DNA of 64,000 bases, from NCBI GenBank assembly GCA_050575255.1, contig JBNZDD010013634.1, positions 767,558-831,557 on the forward strand. Direction: 5' to 3'. The DNA is from Harriotta raleighana (taxonomy: Eukaryota). The notes under the pieces are model-generated. The model was given only the letters and a program-made list of their open reading frames with translations. It made no database searches and was not told the origin of the DNA. The position numbers were made by a program, and so were the translations under genes. This document shows positions 39,530 to 52,480 of the stretch, piece by piece; the first letter of the stretch is position 1, and every line of letters starts with the position of its first letter.

Positions 39530-40279
39530 GCTGAGTAAGGTGTGAAAGATGGAGAATCTGAGGATATTGACCAAATTCGCTTTTTGATGCAGGAAGAGAA
39601 GGAGCAAGGCAAAGCGATTTGGGGCAAGAATTCAGTCATAATGTTGCATTATGTTTGCAGTTTTGGATGGCGTGACTGAGGGAATGAGGAACTAGCCATA
39701 GATCAGGGTTGATATGAGCAGAGGATTAAGGCCTTGAGGAGACTCCAGAGTAAGATGTACAAGCTGGAAAATAAAGTGATAGCATACAGTCACAGATGAT
39801 AAGATTCTCTGACAGGAACAGAGAAAAGCCTACACTACCCAGTGTAGTGATAAATAAATGTCCTATATGTATATATGTATTTATATATACTATAAAAACT
39901 TCTGTTGTACAAAATGGTGTCGAGTTCCTTTCATGAGATCTACATCTGTGATCCCTATTTTATGGGTCAAAAGAAGCTTTAGCTTTTCTGAAAAAAATTA
40001 AAGAGGGAAAGAATAAGTGTCTTGTGTCCGATCAGCCTCCATAAAACAATTTAATCTTTCACTGTTTTAAATCCACGGAGATTAGGCAGGGACAGACCCT
40101 ACTACTGAACGCTGACATCCTGGAAATAATTACTGACCCAAGGCTTCTGTTTCCATTTTATTTAAGTGTTTGCTACTCTCATTTTAAACACATTTTTCAA
40201 CCTTGTGAATTTTAAAACATGTACAAGTGCCTGGTTTTACAGACTCAACCTTCCAACCCTGATATAAATCACATGATCA

Positions 40280-40547
40280 TGAAGATCCCATGCACTATTC
40301 GATGAGTGACTTGAGTTTCTCCCAGGGACCTGGACCACAAGTGCCCCCTACCTCCCCGCACCCTCCCAAGATAAAATTGATCATTCATTTAATGGTTGTT
40401 TGTGGGTTGTTGCGGTGCTCAAATTGGTTGCGGGGTTAGCCTACAAAATACAGTCAGTGCACTTTACAAATATCCTGTGAAGTGCTTTGAGATGTCTTGA
40501 GGAGTTGATAAGGTGCTATAGCAAATGCAGAGGATTATTATTATTAT
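40280..40547 (+). mobile_element. Deu-domain SINE, 5' truncated
   Basis: aagatcccatgcactattcgatgag... core, tail and (ATT)n. Confidence 0.75.
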
Positions 40548-41918
40548 CAAATAAAAGGATTATTATGGTTATATTATTGGGGACACTCATGCGCTCAAAG
40601 GAGGAATGAACATTAGTTAATGGCTGCAATTGTCCACCTCACCAGCACTAAGTTGGTAGCATGTCTGAATCCTTACTTAAATGAGTCCAGTGTCCGTCCT
40701 CCCAACGAATGGAAAACCTGGCTAAATTGGTAGCACTCTTGCCTGTCAATTACAATGCGGGTTTGAGCCCCATGTCTATGAATTCAAGGAATGTTATTAT
40801 TTATTTGTTCATTCATTTGAGATTCTGCTGCTATTTCTAATAACCTCAAACTCTGTTTGAAGGAGTTGGCCAACATTGCATTACAGCGCAAGCTGCAATT
40901 GCACAACCTAACACAATTCTTAATCCAGCATTCATGTCCACTTCATAAAAACCAACACCTTTTCTGAACCTCTCTTCTGCCGTTTAAAAGCAATGGCTGA
41001 TCGTCCAAACTGTGGCCATTCAACAGCAGTGAGGAACATTAAACTGACTGAGTGAAGCTAAACAAAGTTAGGCACATCATAATGTTAACTTGTGACAGAC
41101 TCTAAAAGGGAAAAAAAAAGACCAACTCTCTGTTTATCCAAGCAGCCATTCTGACCCAGAAACAAGTTTGTTCAGCCACCAATAATAATTGGAAGCACTA
41201 AGGCACTACACGCCAGTTAATGGGAATATTTGTCTGTTGGGAACATTTGCTCAGGCACCAAATTATTCCCCAAACACAGATGTTGGTGGTTTGTAAAAAG
41301 AGTTCAACCCCTGGACATTGTGTCCGACTCATCCATTACTGGATGCTCATACTTAAAGCAAAAGGAATCATTTAATGTGTGTGCATTTAACCAAGTACTC
41401 CGATGGTGTGTCTGTTAGAGGAGTTTCTTTTTCAATAACATGTCTTTTAGTCAGTCTTTTGAGTTTATCTTGTTTAAACTTACTGGCAATGCAAGCAACA
41501 GACCCAGTAGTTTAGAACAAAATCCATTAATTGTTTCTATTGACAGTTGAATCAGTTGTTGACCATTCACTCACTTGATATACAATGACCTGATGTCCAA
41601 CAAAGATGCAGGAGGGAGAGAATTTTTTCTGGGCTCCAGTTACTGCTTCCTATCCAGTGATCCCCACTAGAAATAAGGGTATGTGTACATTGGTGAGAGA
41701 CAGAGTTTGACACAGTTAGAATAATTTACGCTGACACTCGGTGAATAATGCATATTTGGGATGTTCTAGAAAATGCAATGTAACCGAGATGTTCCCTGGA
41801 CACGAAAGGTGTTTCAGATGCAAGGATTATTATTCATTGTTAGAACAGAAGCAATAGGAGACAAATGTTTTCTGACAAAGAAGGGAAGGGAGAAAGTTGG
41901 CATCATGGAGGCTTGGTT

Positions 41919-41943
41919 GGGGGGGGGGGGGGGGGGAGGGGGA
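41919..41943 (+). repeat. Poly-G tract (G18 plus aggggg), G-quadruplex prone
   Basis: Direct read of the sequence. Confidence 0.9.
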
Positions 41944-44714
41944 GAATAAAAATCTGCTTTAAGGCAGAACTCAGTGACAACATTCCAGTTCAGAACAAGT
42001 AACAAATGAAAGCTGGCATTCTTTGAGACTCCTGCAGTTCACTAAAATATCCATTGTTTTAGAACAGGAGCAGCAGCTCTGTGGCTGAAAAGAAGCCATC
42101 ACACAGAACAAAGAATGCCAAGCACCAGCTGCTGGAAATGGACCAGAGACTGAAAAGAAAATCCAATGTTTAATAACCCCTGTTCATGATCAAGTACGTT
42201 TTAATAGACTTCTTCGATTGTAGCATTTGCATGGCAATTGACAAGACAGCAGAGGAATAAATTGGGCAATCAGTGTTCATTCTACAGCATACGTAGGAAT
42301 CCTAAATGCACTCCTTCGCCTTGACATTGTTCGGACAAAGAAATCATTTGGACAAAGAGAGGCCAGTCGGCCCACTGCGTCTTTGCCATTGCTACCTGTT
42401 TTGTTTCCTTAATGTCTCCATTTCCATTCACTCCATGGAAAGGCGAATACTTGGCGTTAGTGTTGGAGAGACATTCACGGGCAACTCTTTCCCAGTGAAG
42501 ACTGAGATCCATAGCGGTTGCAGTTTTACAGCACTCAGGCATTTGCTCAACCACAACAACTTCAATTTATATAGTGCCCTCCATGCCGGATGGCGTCTCA
42601 GAGCGCTTGCAACATCAGGTTTATACCTTTGGAAACAGAGAGAGCTTTTGAGAAAGCTTGTTGAAGCTGTCTTCAAGCCCAACAGCCTGATTTTAAAAAA
42701 AAAGTAAATACACAGAGACACGAAGGTAGCATATTCCATAAGACTATTAGCCTCAACGTAAAAATGGTTTACTCGATTCCTCTTCTTCCTTTTTTTCCAG
42801 TTGTACTTCAACTCCCCACATTGAACAATTACCCAGATGAACCTCGCAAGTTCACAATCCCCAAACAATGCAATAGCTCATCTCACACAAGAACTGTGAA
42901 GAAATCCTTTGGCTAATGGGCTCAGAGCACCCACCCATCCCATCCCCCATAACAGTCTTAAGCAGCATTTTAAATGAGTCCAATATCCAATCATCCTTCC
43001 TGACAACCCAAAGTCTTTTCCAAAGAGCCACAAGCTTATCTTCTTTCCCCTTCTCTTCCGACATACATTCCAAAGGCTTGGTAACCATCTCAGTTCCCCA
43101 GCTCCGTATCCTCTTGTGAGTAATAAGAAATATCTTTTGGAAGAAGAGGCTAGAAAATGCATGCAGAAGTCCAGATACTGCTCATATCTGCCTTGACTTA
43201 GTTGGCAAAATTCACACACTGATAAAGCGTTCAGAATACATCTACCTGGAGAGAGATTCGTTTTCCACTGACATCTGCCTTGATTTGTACAAGGCTGTAG
43301 ACTGATTTTTTTTAAAAAATTGAGTCAAGACCCTGTTATCCGCAGTAGCTACAGAGGAAACGGAAGCCGAAGCACTCACCATATGAGCTCCACATTCTCA
43401 CCAGCAGGGTGACTGTGGATCTTAACAGTGGAAACATGGTGAAAAATCCAAGACAAACAGAGTGGGGAATGGAAGGGGTTGGCGACATAGAATACATGCA
43501 GAGACAACAATATTACATTTATAGAGTGCCTTTCACATCGGGAGGACGAACCAAGGTGTTGAAAACTGCAATAATTGGAATGAAATTTGCCCCCTCCCCC
43601 AAAAAATACTACAGAAAGATTTATAAAATGGAGTAAGGTTCACGAACAACAACAAAATAAGATTGAGGATTTTTTAAAAAAATGCAGAAAATTAATTAAA
43701 TTAATAAACAAGACAAAGGCTTCAGTGAAGTAATGAGAGAAGACAGTCAATATGAAGAAAGTTTAGTTTCATTTATTTTGACTCCTTACATTTTTGTGGT
43801 CGCTTCAAAATGGTTACTTGGGACTCCTGAACATGTGGATGGAGTACAGTGAAGCACCAGAGGTTTGACCTTAACAATTCTCTCACTGTTGCAAAGTAAT
43901 GGAGACCAAACTGCAAGCTATACACTGCACAAGATTTTGATTATTCCCTTCCAATTCAGGGATGGCTATTGACTTACATGCTAACTGGTTTAACCCATCC
44001 AGCTGTTGAAATATACACGATAGGCTAAGCAATGCCTTACAATCCTGGATTGATACCCTGATATCGCTCCCAATCTTTAACCAAAACATCACTTATTCTG
44101 GCGAGTGCAATAACTTTCCAACGTTACAAAATAATGTATTCATTATACCATTACTCGCAGCCATCCAATCAACCACTTGCATCTCAGGAAATAATCTGTG
44201 CAGAAACTGATACTTAGTATTTAACTTAATACTTTATAAAATCTCTGACTTCACAATAGAATGAGACTGATCGTGAGTAATTTCAATCCAATAACCTTTA
44301 AAGGCCTAAAACAGTGATGACTTTATATATCAGTTGTCCTGTTCTGTCATTAAAATTCCTCTGCTCCAAGCTCCATTCCCTGGTTGTGCTGAGTTTTGGA
44401 ATCATTTCAAATCCAGATTGGAAAGAAAACTGTCACTTTCGGTGACCTAATCCACATTAATACGCTACTGGCACCTAGTGGCAGGAATTGAGCACTGCGA
44501 TGGATGGTCCTGGATATTGTGACTTGGGGCCTGGACCATATGGACATTCACAAATTCCACACGGCCGAACATGTAGCATGGGAAGCAGCAGTCACTGAAA
44601 ACTCGCGGACCATTGGGGAAACTGTCTTCACCCTGGAAAGTGTGTTCAGATAGGTTTCCAGGTGCAATAATGGGAGATAGGGAGATCAAGCTCAGTTCAT
44701 TGGACCCAAGGCAC

Positions 44715-45027
44715 AAATGGCTGCCTGTTCAGGTGGACGTTAAAGATGCCATGGCAGTAATCCACAAGACAAAGGAGTTTCTCTCCATGAATTGGCCAAC
44801 ATACCTCTAGATAAAATTGATCTTTCACTTCAATGCTGGTTGTGGGATGGACATTGTTGCGACATTGATCCAACCAACTCACCTGCTTCACATCCCCTGC
44901 CTTGCCTGCCCAACTCATCCTAATTCCAATCTCCATCTTGGGTATCAAAACCTAGACTGCCAAGCACTTTGGGACATCCTCCTGACATAAAAGGCACCAT
45001 AAAAATACAATTTGTTGTTGTTGTTGC
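44715..45027 (+). mobile_element. Deu-domain SINE carrying an L2-type pyrimidine linker and (TTG)n tail
   Basis: cctgttcaggtggacgttaaagatgccatggc core, then a C-rich stretch and gcactttgggacatcctcctgacataaaaggcac with (ttg)n. Confidence 0.7.
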
Positions 45028-47654
45028 TATATACAAATTTGTTGTCACAAATTTGCAGCAGCTCCACTTCACAGGAACTTTAGAGACAATCTTAATTTGA
45101 TATAGTACTGTTTTTTTAATCATAAAAGCAATAAGCAGAACAGGTTACTTACATCCTTCCAAATTACTTTAATCCCCCCATCTTTATTAAAATTGAAAGC
45201 TAATTCATCTTCCATACAAAAAAGCAGCAGCAAAAAGATGTGAAATCTTGGCTAGAATACTCAAGCCCACAATCTCAGCAGCCCTCTGTTACCCTGCTCA
45301 TTGTCTGCAGAAGTCACACCAGGGTGCAAGTTGAATAGTCAACTAAAACTTTTGCAATATTTATATGAAACCAGATAATGTGGTAATTTGAGGAATGTAT
45401 AATTTGGATTTAGGGCTTTATAGAACCCTTTGAATTACTGATTAAGCTTACATTGTCAATATGTGTACAAATTGTTATCTAATGGTGAATGTTATTAAGC
45501 AAAATTAAGTGAAAATGTGAAGAAACAAATAATAGATTTTTCTCTGCTGCGGTGTTCTCGATATCAACAAACATATTCCCATTCCGTCTGTACCAGAAAA
45601 AAATCATTTGTAAGATGGCACAGAATTGGGTTAAATTCATAAACTCATTACAGTACCAATTTGGAAGTCGATTTTCCACAGCTCTTAAAAGGAAACTTCT
45701 AAGTTATTCAAATGACCGTTTAAACAGTATTATCATTATTAATAATATCACTATTATACAGTATTATTAATAATTATTGAATTTAATAAAGAATCTTTCA
45801 TATCAGGAGGATGTCTCAAACGAGTTCATAGATTCTACTATAAGGTGTGATTGTGGCAAACTGAATTGAGGTAACACTCAATTTAAGAATTGTCCCCAAT
45901 TCTGCACAATGTTAAAATTTAAGACAAAGGGGGTTGATCAACATTTCGGGCCTATCATTGTCGTTTTGATTACCTGTTTTATTTAGACATACTGTATAAA
46001 TATTATTCCCAAATCAGAAAGATTGAAGAGAGAGTTCTGGTTGCTGCCTGCTCACTCACCCTATAAAACACTTCATAAATAGAGCTGTGAGCATTGGGAA
46101 TAGGAGCTTAGCATGCTCCTGTAAACCTTTGAGTGGAGTTTGTCCTAGGAAGTGAGCCAGACTCAAAACATCCCAATAGAACAACATTTCCCTTTAAAAC
46201 GCTTGGTCTTTCAAAAGGAGAGGAATCTACTTTTATGAAGTTGACTTGTAACAGTCTGAGAGTAATGCAAACACAAACATGGTTTTGCAACTTAGTGCTT
46301 TATTGTATCATTCTGTACTCTCCTTCTCTGTAACATTTAAACACAAGGCAACCTTTGATCAGGGCCAGAACTGTTACATGTATGATATCCACAAACAGTG
46401 ACTTGACATAAAAAAACAAGATAACTTGTACTTTTCAAGTGCTTTATCAAATCCAAATCTCTTCAAAGCACTTTACAAGTATCAACTACCAGTTTCTTAA
46501 CTTAATTTAAAATTATTGTCCATAAATACACAGTCAACCAATTCTACAATATTTGTAGATGTCTCAACAACGTGATAAGGTGCAATATCAAATGCAAGGT
46601 TTATTATAATAATGATGCTTGCATTTGATATAGTGCTTTTCATGTCTTCTGGACGTCTCAAAGCACTTAAATTATTATTACTATTAATTGGTATTGAGTA
46701 GACTATTAATAGTTTTGTCTCACAATATTGAAAAGTTATATTTTAGGGCAATTATTAAAGGAGTTGTAGCCAGATCTTGCTTCCTTCCCTCCTTCTCCCC
46801 TCTCCCCCTCCCATTTTGTTGTGGGAGATTTTCCTGTGTTGACTTCCTCCTTTCTCTTCCTCTATGTCTCTGACAACATGAGGCATGGTTTGTGCTCTAC
46901 CTCCCAGGCACTGAGACACATAGATGATGTGGTTATCTCTGGAACTAGCCATCTGGTATTTCAGGAACTATATTACCACCATTATTATTGTGTCCTCTCT
47001 GAAGCCTGGCTGGCTTCTTCACAAGTTCTGGTTTGCATGTGTCTACAAGATGTGTAGCTGGGGAAGACTGAGGCTCTGCATTAGCACAATCAATCATTGT
47101 TTTTTTTATTGTGGTCAATTTGGATACTTTGTCAAACCTACCATATGCCAAGGCAGCAGGACAGTTGGGCACAGGTTCAGGGTTGTGAAGGGCAATTTCA
47201 GGACAGACAACAGGAAATATTTCTTAGAAAAGGGTAATTAATGGGTCGTGACTGGAACAGGTTAGTCTTTGTCGTTGGAGTGATTTAAGATACAGCTTGA
47301 TGTATCTCAGTGCTCCAAGGTACTAGCCTGCATGAAGGACGGTATGTAAGTGCAAGAGGTTGTTATTCAATGTTGTAGGGGGAAGAAGCTAGAGTGGCTG
47401 CTGTGGATGGAAGGAAGGGATCAAATCAGCCAAAGAGCCTTTATCATTCATGCCTTTCTTGTGATCCTACAAGATTACATTATGTGTGTAAAGAAATCTT
47501 CCTAATTCCCCATTTTGTTTCCCCCTCAATGACAATCCTCAAATCATGGCCTCGTGTTACGGACTCCCAGATTGATAGAAATGGTTCTCTCTCTATCTAG
47601 GTATTTGAAACCGATGGCTTACAAGGAGAAAAGTGCTCAAATTGTCACTGTCAA

Positions 47655-47879
47655 TTGAATTGACTGTATATTTGTGGGCGAAACGCAGCAGCCAATTATG
47701 CACAAACAGTCGTGGATTGAAATGACAAATTTTATTATAGTGCTTTTTTTGGGAGGGATTATTATTAGGTATGTGAAGTAAGAAAACTTGGCCAAGGTTT
47801 CTCCCTGACCTACCTGATTCAAACACAGGTCTCATGCTTGTAAGGCGAGTGCTCTAACCACTGAGCTACAGTACTCCAC
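47655..47879 (-). mobile_element. Young tRNA-derived SINE lacking its 3' tail
   Basis: Head gtggagtactgtagctcagtggttagagcactcgccttacaagc and core. Confidence 0.85.
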
Positions 47880-48454
47880 AAATGGTGGGATTGGGACAGA
47901 AAGGAAGGGAAAGGAAGAGGAACAAGTGACCACCATAAGAATGATTGAATCAAGGTACAATTGAAAGACAAACTTGCATAAAGTTGAATTAAAAGCTTAG
48001 AATAAAGTACTGATTTTATTTTTGCTTTGTTTCTCACTCCCAGTTTTTAATTCCATCTGCTGCTTGTACCCATTTCCTCTCTCTTTCACACTCGCTTGCT
48101 CCCTTATGCAAACAAAATTAACCCTCCAGATGAAAAGGTAATCTTTTGTCCATTGTTCCATTTTCCACCAAAAATACACTATATTCAAACATCAGATCTG
48201 TAAACCCCTTAAACTATTTTAATGTATTTTCCAGAGGAGTTTACAGGGAGTTCAGACCGAGGGAATCATATTCCTTCAAAATGAGATTTATTGTGGTATT
48301 GACGAAAGGATGTAGTCAGATATTTCATGATGTTCCTAAAATTCTAGGATGTTTTCCCCTAGTACACTCAATGATTTGGGAAACAAAAAGATTTTAACTA
48401 ATCTCATGGCATTAAAATTAATCCGAGAGCAAACAAGGCTTTCATCAACAAATG

Positions 48455-48885
48455 AATTTTGTATAGCACCTTTCCCATAGGGATGACATCCTAAGCCACT
48501 GGACAGTCAGTTCCCCTTCACCCTAATTCTTCCCACTCTCCTTCCCCCTCCCACTACCCTCAATCCCCCCCCTGCTCGGGTCCCGACCTTCTGTTCAGCG
48601 CTTTGGGACGTCCTCCCGACGTGAAAGGTGCTTTACTAGTGTAATTTTGTTGTTGTTGCTGTTGTTGTAAGCCACTGGACAGTCAAAGATTTGCACCCAA
48701 GGTAGGGGTTGAGATCAGGAAGGGTGGAGAGTTTATGGTGGTAGGAGGATACCGAAAGTGCGCTCAAAAGGTCTTTGTAGGAAGCAAGGGAGAGGGTGAG
48801 GCGAAGGGACTGATGGATGGAGTTCCAAAGGGTGGGAGCAGAAAGGCTGAAGGCCTGACTACTGATGTTAGGACGGGCAGGATCC
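48455..48885. mobile_element. Plus-strand L2 3' end (48510-48667) inserted into an older minus-strand L2 3' end, with an 18-bp TSD
   Basis: taagccactggacagtca occurs at 48492-48509 and again at 48668-48685. Confidence 0.85.
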
Positions 48886-49892
48886 ACTGAGTCCACTGAG
48901 AAAAAGATTTCAGAATCTTTTTTTGCAAAAACATAAAACAACAAAATTACATTTATATAACTCCTTTCACTTCAGGGGGGCATTTTCAAAATAATCTTTA
49001 AGAATTTTGTACTTCCAGTATTAAAACTGAGCGGGAATTCGGGTCTTCGATCTTCACCATCTGATAAAACACATTGTATTCCATAACCCATCCTTCAAAG
49101 GACCCACATCATTGTTGCTTGAATGTTTTCCACCCTGTGTGTGCTTCGTTTGCATAAATATCATATCCAGCGCTTTCTCCGCTGTTGGATTTGTTTTACG
49201 TCTGTCCCTCTGTACAATTGCCAATTCTGCCTCAGGCATCCTCTGCATTGCAAACCATGCAGTACTGTACCAATCTGCATACTCAGCCATAGCTCCTAGC
49301 TCCTACCTGCGATGGCAACTAAGACAGACAACCCCTCACAACAATTCATACTCATGAAGATTCAAAGCTCTCTTTGGATTCCTGCCCTCACAACAGTCTT
49401 CCCAGATATGCACAAGGGAATAATTAATGTGTCTACAAAAATAATTTTTCACTACAAGTAAACTCTGTCAACGATCACCCAATGCCCCCTCAGTGACCAT
49501 CTACCGCCCTTTAACGATCACCCAAACCCCTCTCGATAATCATCTATTGCCCCCTCTTATTTTATGGTACAGTACCATGGTAATGTCACATGCGAGGCAA
49601 TGCAGTTACGTGTTAGGAGGCTTTGAGAAAGCATCTGAATCAAGAAAGACACTTCTTATTCTCACCCAGCATCCGCACATATGTACTGTATTACGCTTTT
49701 GGAACCTTGATTGATTTTTTCCCCTCATCAACAATAACAAGTTGCATTTATATATCACCATTCACATGAGGTAGCATCCCTTTCTCTTCAAGCTCATTCT
49801 TTGCAATAGAGTTCAATCCTATCCTTCTAATTCTTTCATACCCTTTATCTTTCCACATGATTTGTTAGTGAAATCAATGAGAGAACTTGAAG

Positions 49893-50380
49893 TATGGTTG
49901 CCAATTCTACTCGGGCAAATTCTTGGGAGGTTTCATAACGTGACATAATGGCTCTTATGAACTGACCTGCTCAAAACTCATTTACTGTGGAGCGAACAGT
50001 TTGAAAACACGGATTGGTTGTAAAACACTGTGATTGCTCGCAAGCCAGAGTTACGTTATGTTTAGTGGCTATCTTAAAAGTGAGACAGCCCTGACTTTAG
50101 GGTGGCATCATAAGTCGCGGCACCAGAACACCAATAAAATGGTTGAGAGAAGGCAACCTTGGTATTTAATTTTATTGCTAGACATTTAAAGCCTCCAGGA
50201 ATGTATGAAACTAATGAGAAGCTGATAACAAGATAAACCTGATTCACCATTCAACATCCATGCTGAATATTCACACTGATTTTTTTCCACTCAGGTTGCT
50301 TGCAGCAGCATCCGGAACATTCATCTTGAATTCCTGGATAGTCTTAGCTGGATGAGCAGCGGGAATGCTTGGCAGACAAT
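49893..50380. mobile_element. Degenerate non-autonomous DNA transposon (hAT/Tip100-like MITE)
   Basis: Left end tatggttgccaa resembles the TAGGGTTGCCA TIR. Right subterminal ggttgcttgcagcagcatccgg...ttgaattcctgga...ttggcaga resembles, from memory, a shark MITE. The right TIR is decayed and no TSD is seen. Confidence 0.55.
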
Positions 50381-50990
50381 GTTATCCATGACAAACTATG
50401 TATTTTTAGCTGGGTAGACTCCAGCAGTTACCCCCAACGTAGACTCTGTGGAGTCCCCATTCCTTGGCTCTCGCCGATGTGTGCCTAATACTTCGCAGAA
50501 TTAGGTAAAGCATCCCTCCAGGGAGAGAGAGAGAGAGCGCATGTTCCATTCCAACAATCTATCTATTTCTGGGCTTTCCACATGTACATGAGATGCATGG
50601 AAATTTCAGTTTGGTTCAGGTACCCCTAAAGCGCAGGGATGGGTTTCTCTTAGGGGTGGTGGGGGGGGGAGGTGGGAGTGAGGAGGTCGATCTTCGGAAT
50701 AATCTTGGGAGGGTTGACAAACAAACCTAATTTCAAGAGAGGGTGTTGTTTGCCCAGGTGTGGCAGAGGGAGAAGAAGAGGGCAGTGAGTCTCTGCCCAA
50801 CAACCCCACCCCTCAAAGTAGGAGCAGTTGTTGGGAGGGTAGGTGGGTGAGTAAAGCCACAAAGTAGGAGGTGACCAGAGCCAGAAGAGATCCAAGTAGG
50901 AGACAGTTGTGTGCAGTTAGTTTGTCAGTTAGCCAGGCTGGCTCCACCCTAGCCTGTGCTGCTGCTCTCTTGTTATTTTTTACAACTTGC

Positions 50991-51122
50991 CTTTATCCTG
51001 ATCTCGGAGGCTTTCCAGAGAGGTCGCAGTTGCTGTAACAGAGACTCGATGCCGTTTCTCAGCTCCTTCTCGTCCACCCAGAGCGGTAGGTGTGGGCTGT
51101 CCACTGTCCCCAGCTTCTCCAT
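50991..51122 (-). CDS. ETNK2: Ethanolamine kinase (ETNK2-like) first coding exon, MEKLGTVDSPHLPLWVDEKELRNGIESLLQQLRPLWKASEIRIK
   Basis: ATG at 51122-51120 in gcaATGG context. The peptide matches the ETNK N-terminal pattern VD...G..xLLQxLRPxW...(I/V). It ends in phase 0 at AAG|GCAAGT, compatible with the phase-0 start of the 260-bp exon. Family is secure; the ETNK2 label is tentative. Confidence 0.85.
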
Positions 51123-52480
51123 TGCTGTGTGTCCCTCACCAATGCTCAGCTGCCAGCAGCTCTGCCTTCGAGGCAGCAGCCACTGACCTCCAGGGCAACC
51201 CCACCTAACCCTGGCCAACAGACAACAAACCCCTCACCCCACCCACTTCTAGGGCAACACGACCTCCCTGGCCAGCAGATAACAATATCTCCTCCCCATC
51301 CACCCCGACAATCACCCTCCACCCCCTCCAACACACACCTCCAAGGGCAACGGTCACCTATCCTTGGTTAGCAGACAAAAACATCTCACAGCCCCCCCTC
51401 CCCACACACACCCACAGATACTCACTGCCCAAACATCCCCCACCATCACCACACACCTCCAGGAGACACCATTGGGAGCCAGCGTCAAAGAGGTCCCTGT
51501 AGCTGCAGATATGGTTTCAATGAGGACTGAAATTAACAGAATAATTAAAAAAGTGAAGATTGGTGTTGATTAATAAAGCACCCTGGAAAATTCCAACTTT
51601 TATTTTAATCACCAAAGGGGTAATGTAGAGATAGTGATCAAAGAAACCTTACATTTCCACCTTACATCATTGAGAGAAATTTCTGCTTCATTTTCTCATA
51701 CAGTTTAAACAGTGTGAGATCAGAGTCGAGCCCTTTGGGATGTCTTCCTGACGTGAAAGATGCTGTACAATATCGTTTTGTTGTTATGGTGTGTAAATTC
51801 ATTTAGTCAAGTTAAGATTGCAGCTTACCTTGAAATAACGTATCTGCAAATATTTAGCGAGTCCTGGATTCAATCCTCAAGGCTGCCTTTAATTGTTGGA
51901 AAAAGTGGAGTACTCACTTGTCAAAGAGCTTTTTTAATTGCACAAATTCTTCGGAAAATAATTATTCCTTCAGTGAGAGTGACATCAAGCACACACTGAC
52001 ATAGTTTGGAATTGGCCCAAGTTTGGGCAAAGGCGGCCTTGAAAGAATCTGAACACATTTGTAGATATCTCACCAAGTCAATATTGTATGAGAAATAAAT
52101 TGTTTCTGAGGGCAATATTTTCCCAAATAATTTATAAATAACACATCAACCTTGCTTGTTCCTCCTTACACATTCTTGTCTTCAAGTCTATTGCAAAGTT
52201 TACATTTCCTTTTGCCTACAATTTAATTGACTATTACCTCATCATGATTTGTAAGTTGTGGCTAATGTAAATTAGCTGACACATTTGCCTCCAGACAACA
52301 GAAATGTAGAAGTTCCATTTGAGTATCCAAAACTCTAGTTTTTCAGTATTTTACAGTATTTAGAATTTTGCCATTCACGTTCTTGCCCCCGCCTAGCTCT
52401 CCAAAGTTTTCACTTTACAGCATATGTGAAAAGCTCTATATCAAATGCCAGGATTATGATTTTGATTATTATAACATGAT

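Noticed and set aside
47815-47879. tRNA-like A/B boxes (also about 9415-9498, 30930-30995, 39212-39280, 55405-55460)
   Set aside because: SINE heads continuous with SINE bodies and lacking a complete cloverleaf; not tRNA genes.
51123-51218. Upstream in-frame extension of ETNK exon 1 in the ORF track
   Set aside because: Starts at TTG within the degenerate repeat and has no ETNK similarity; the ATG at 51122 has good context.
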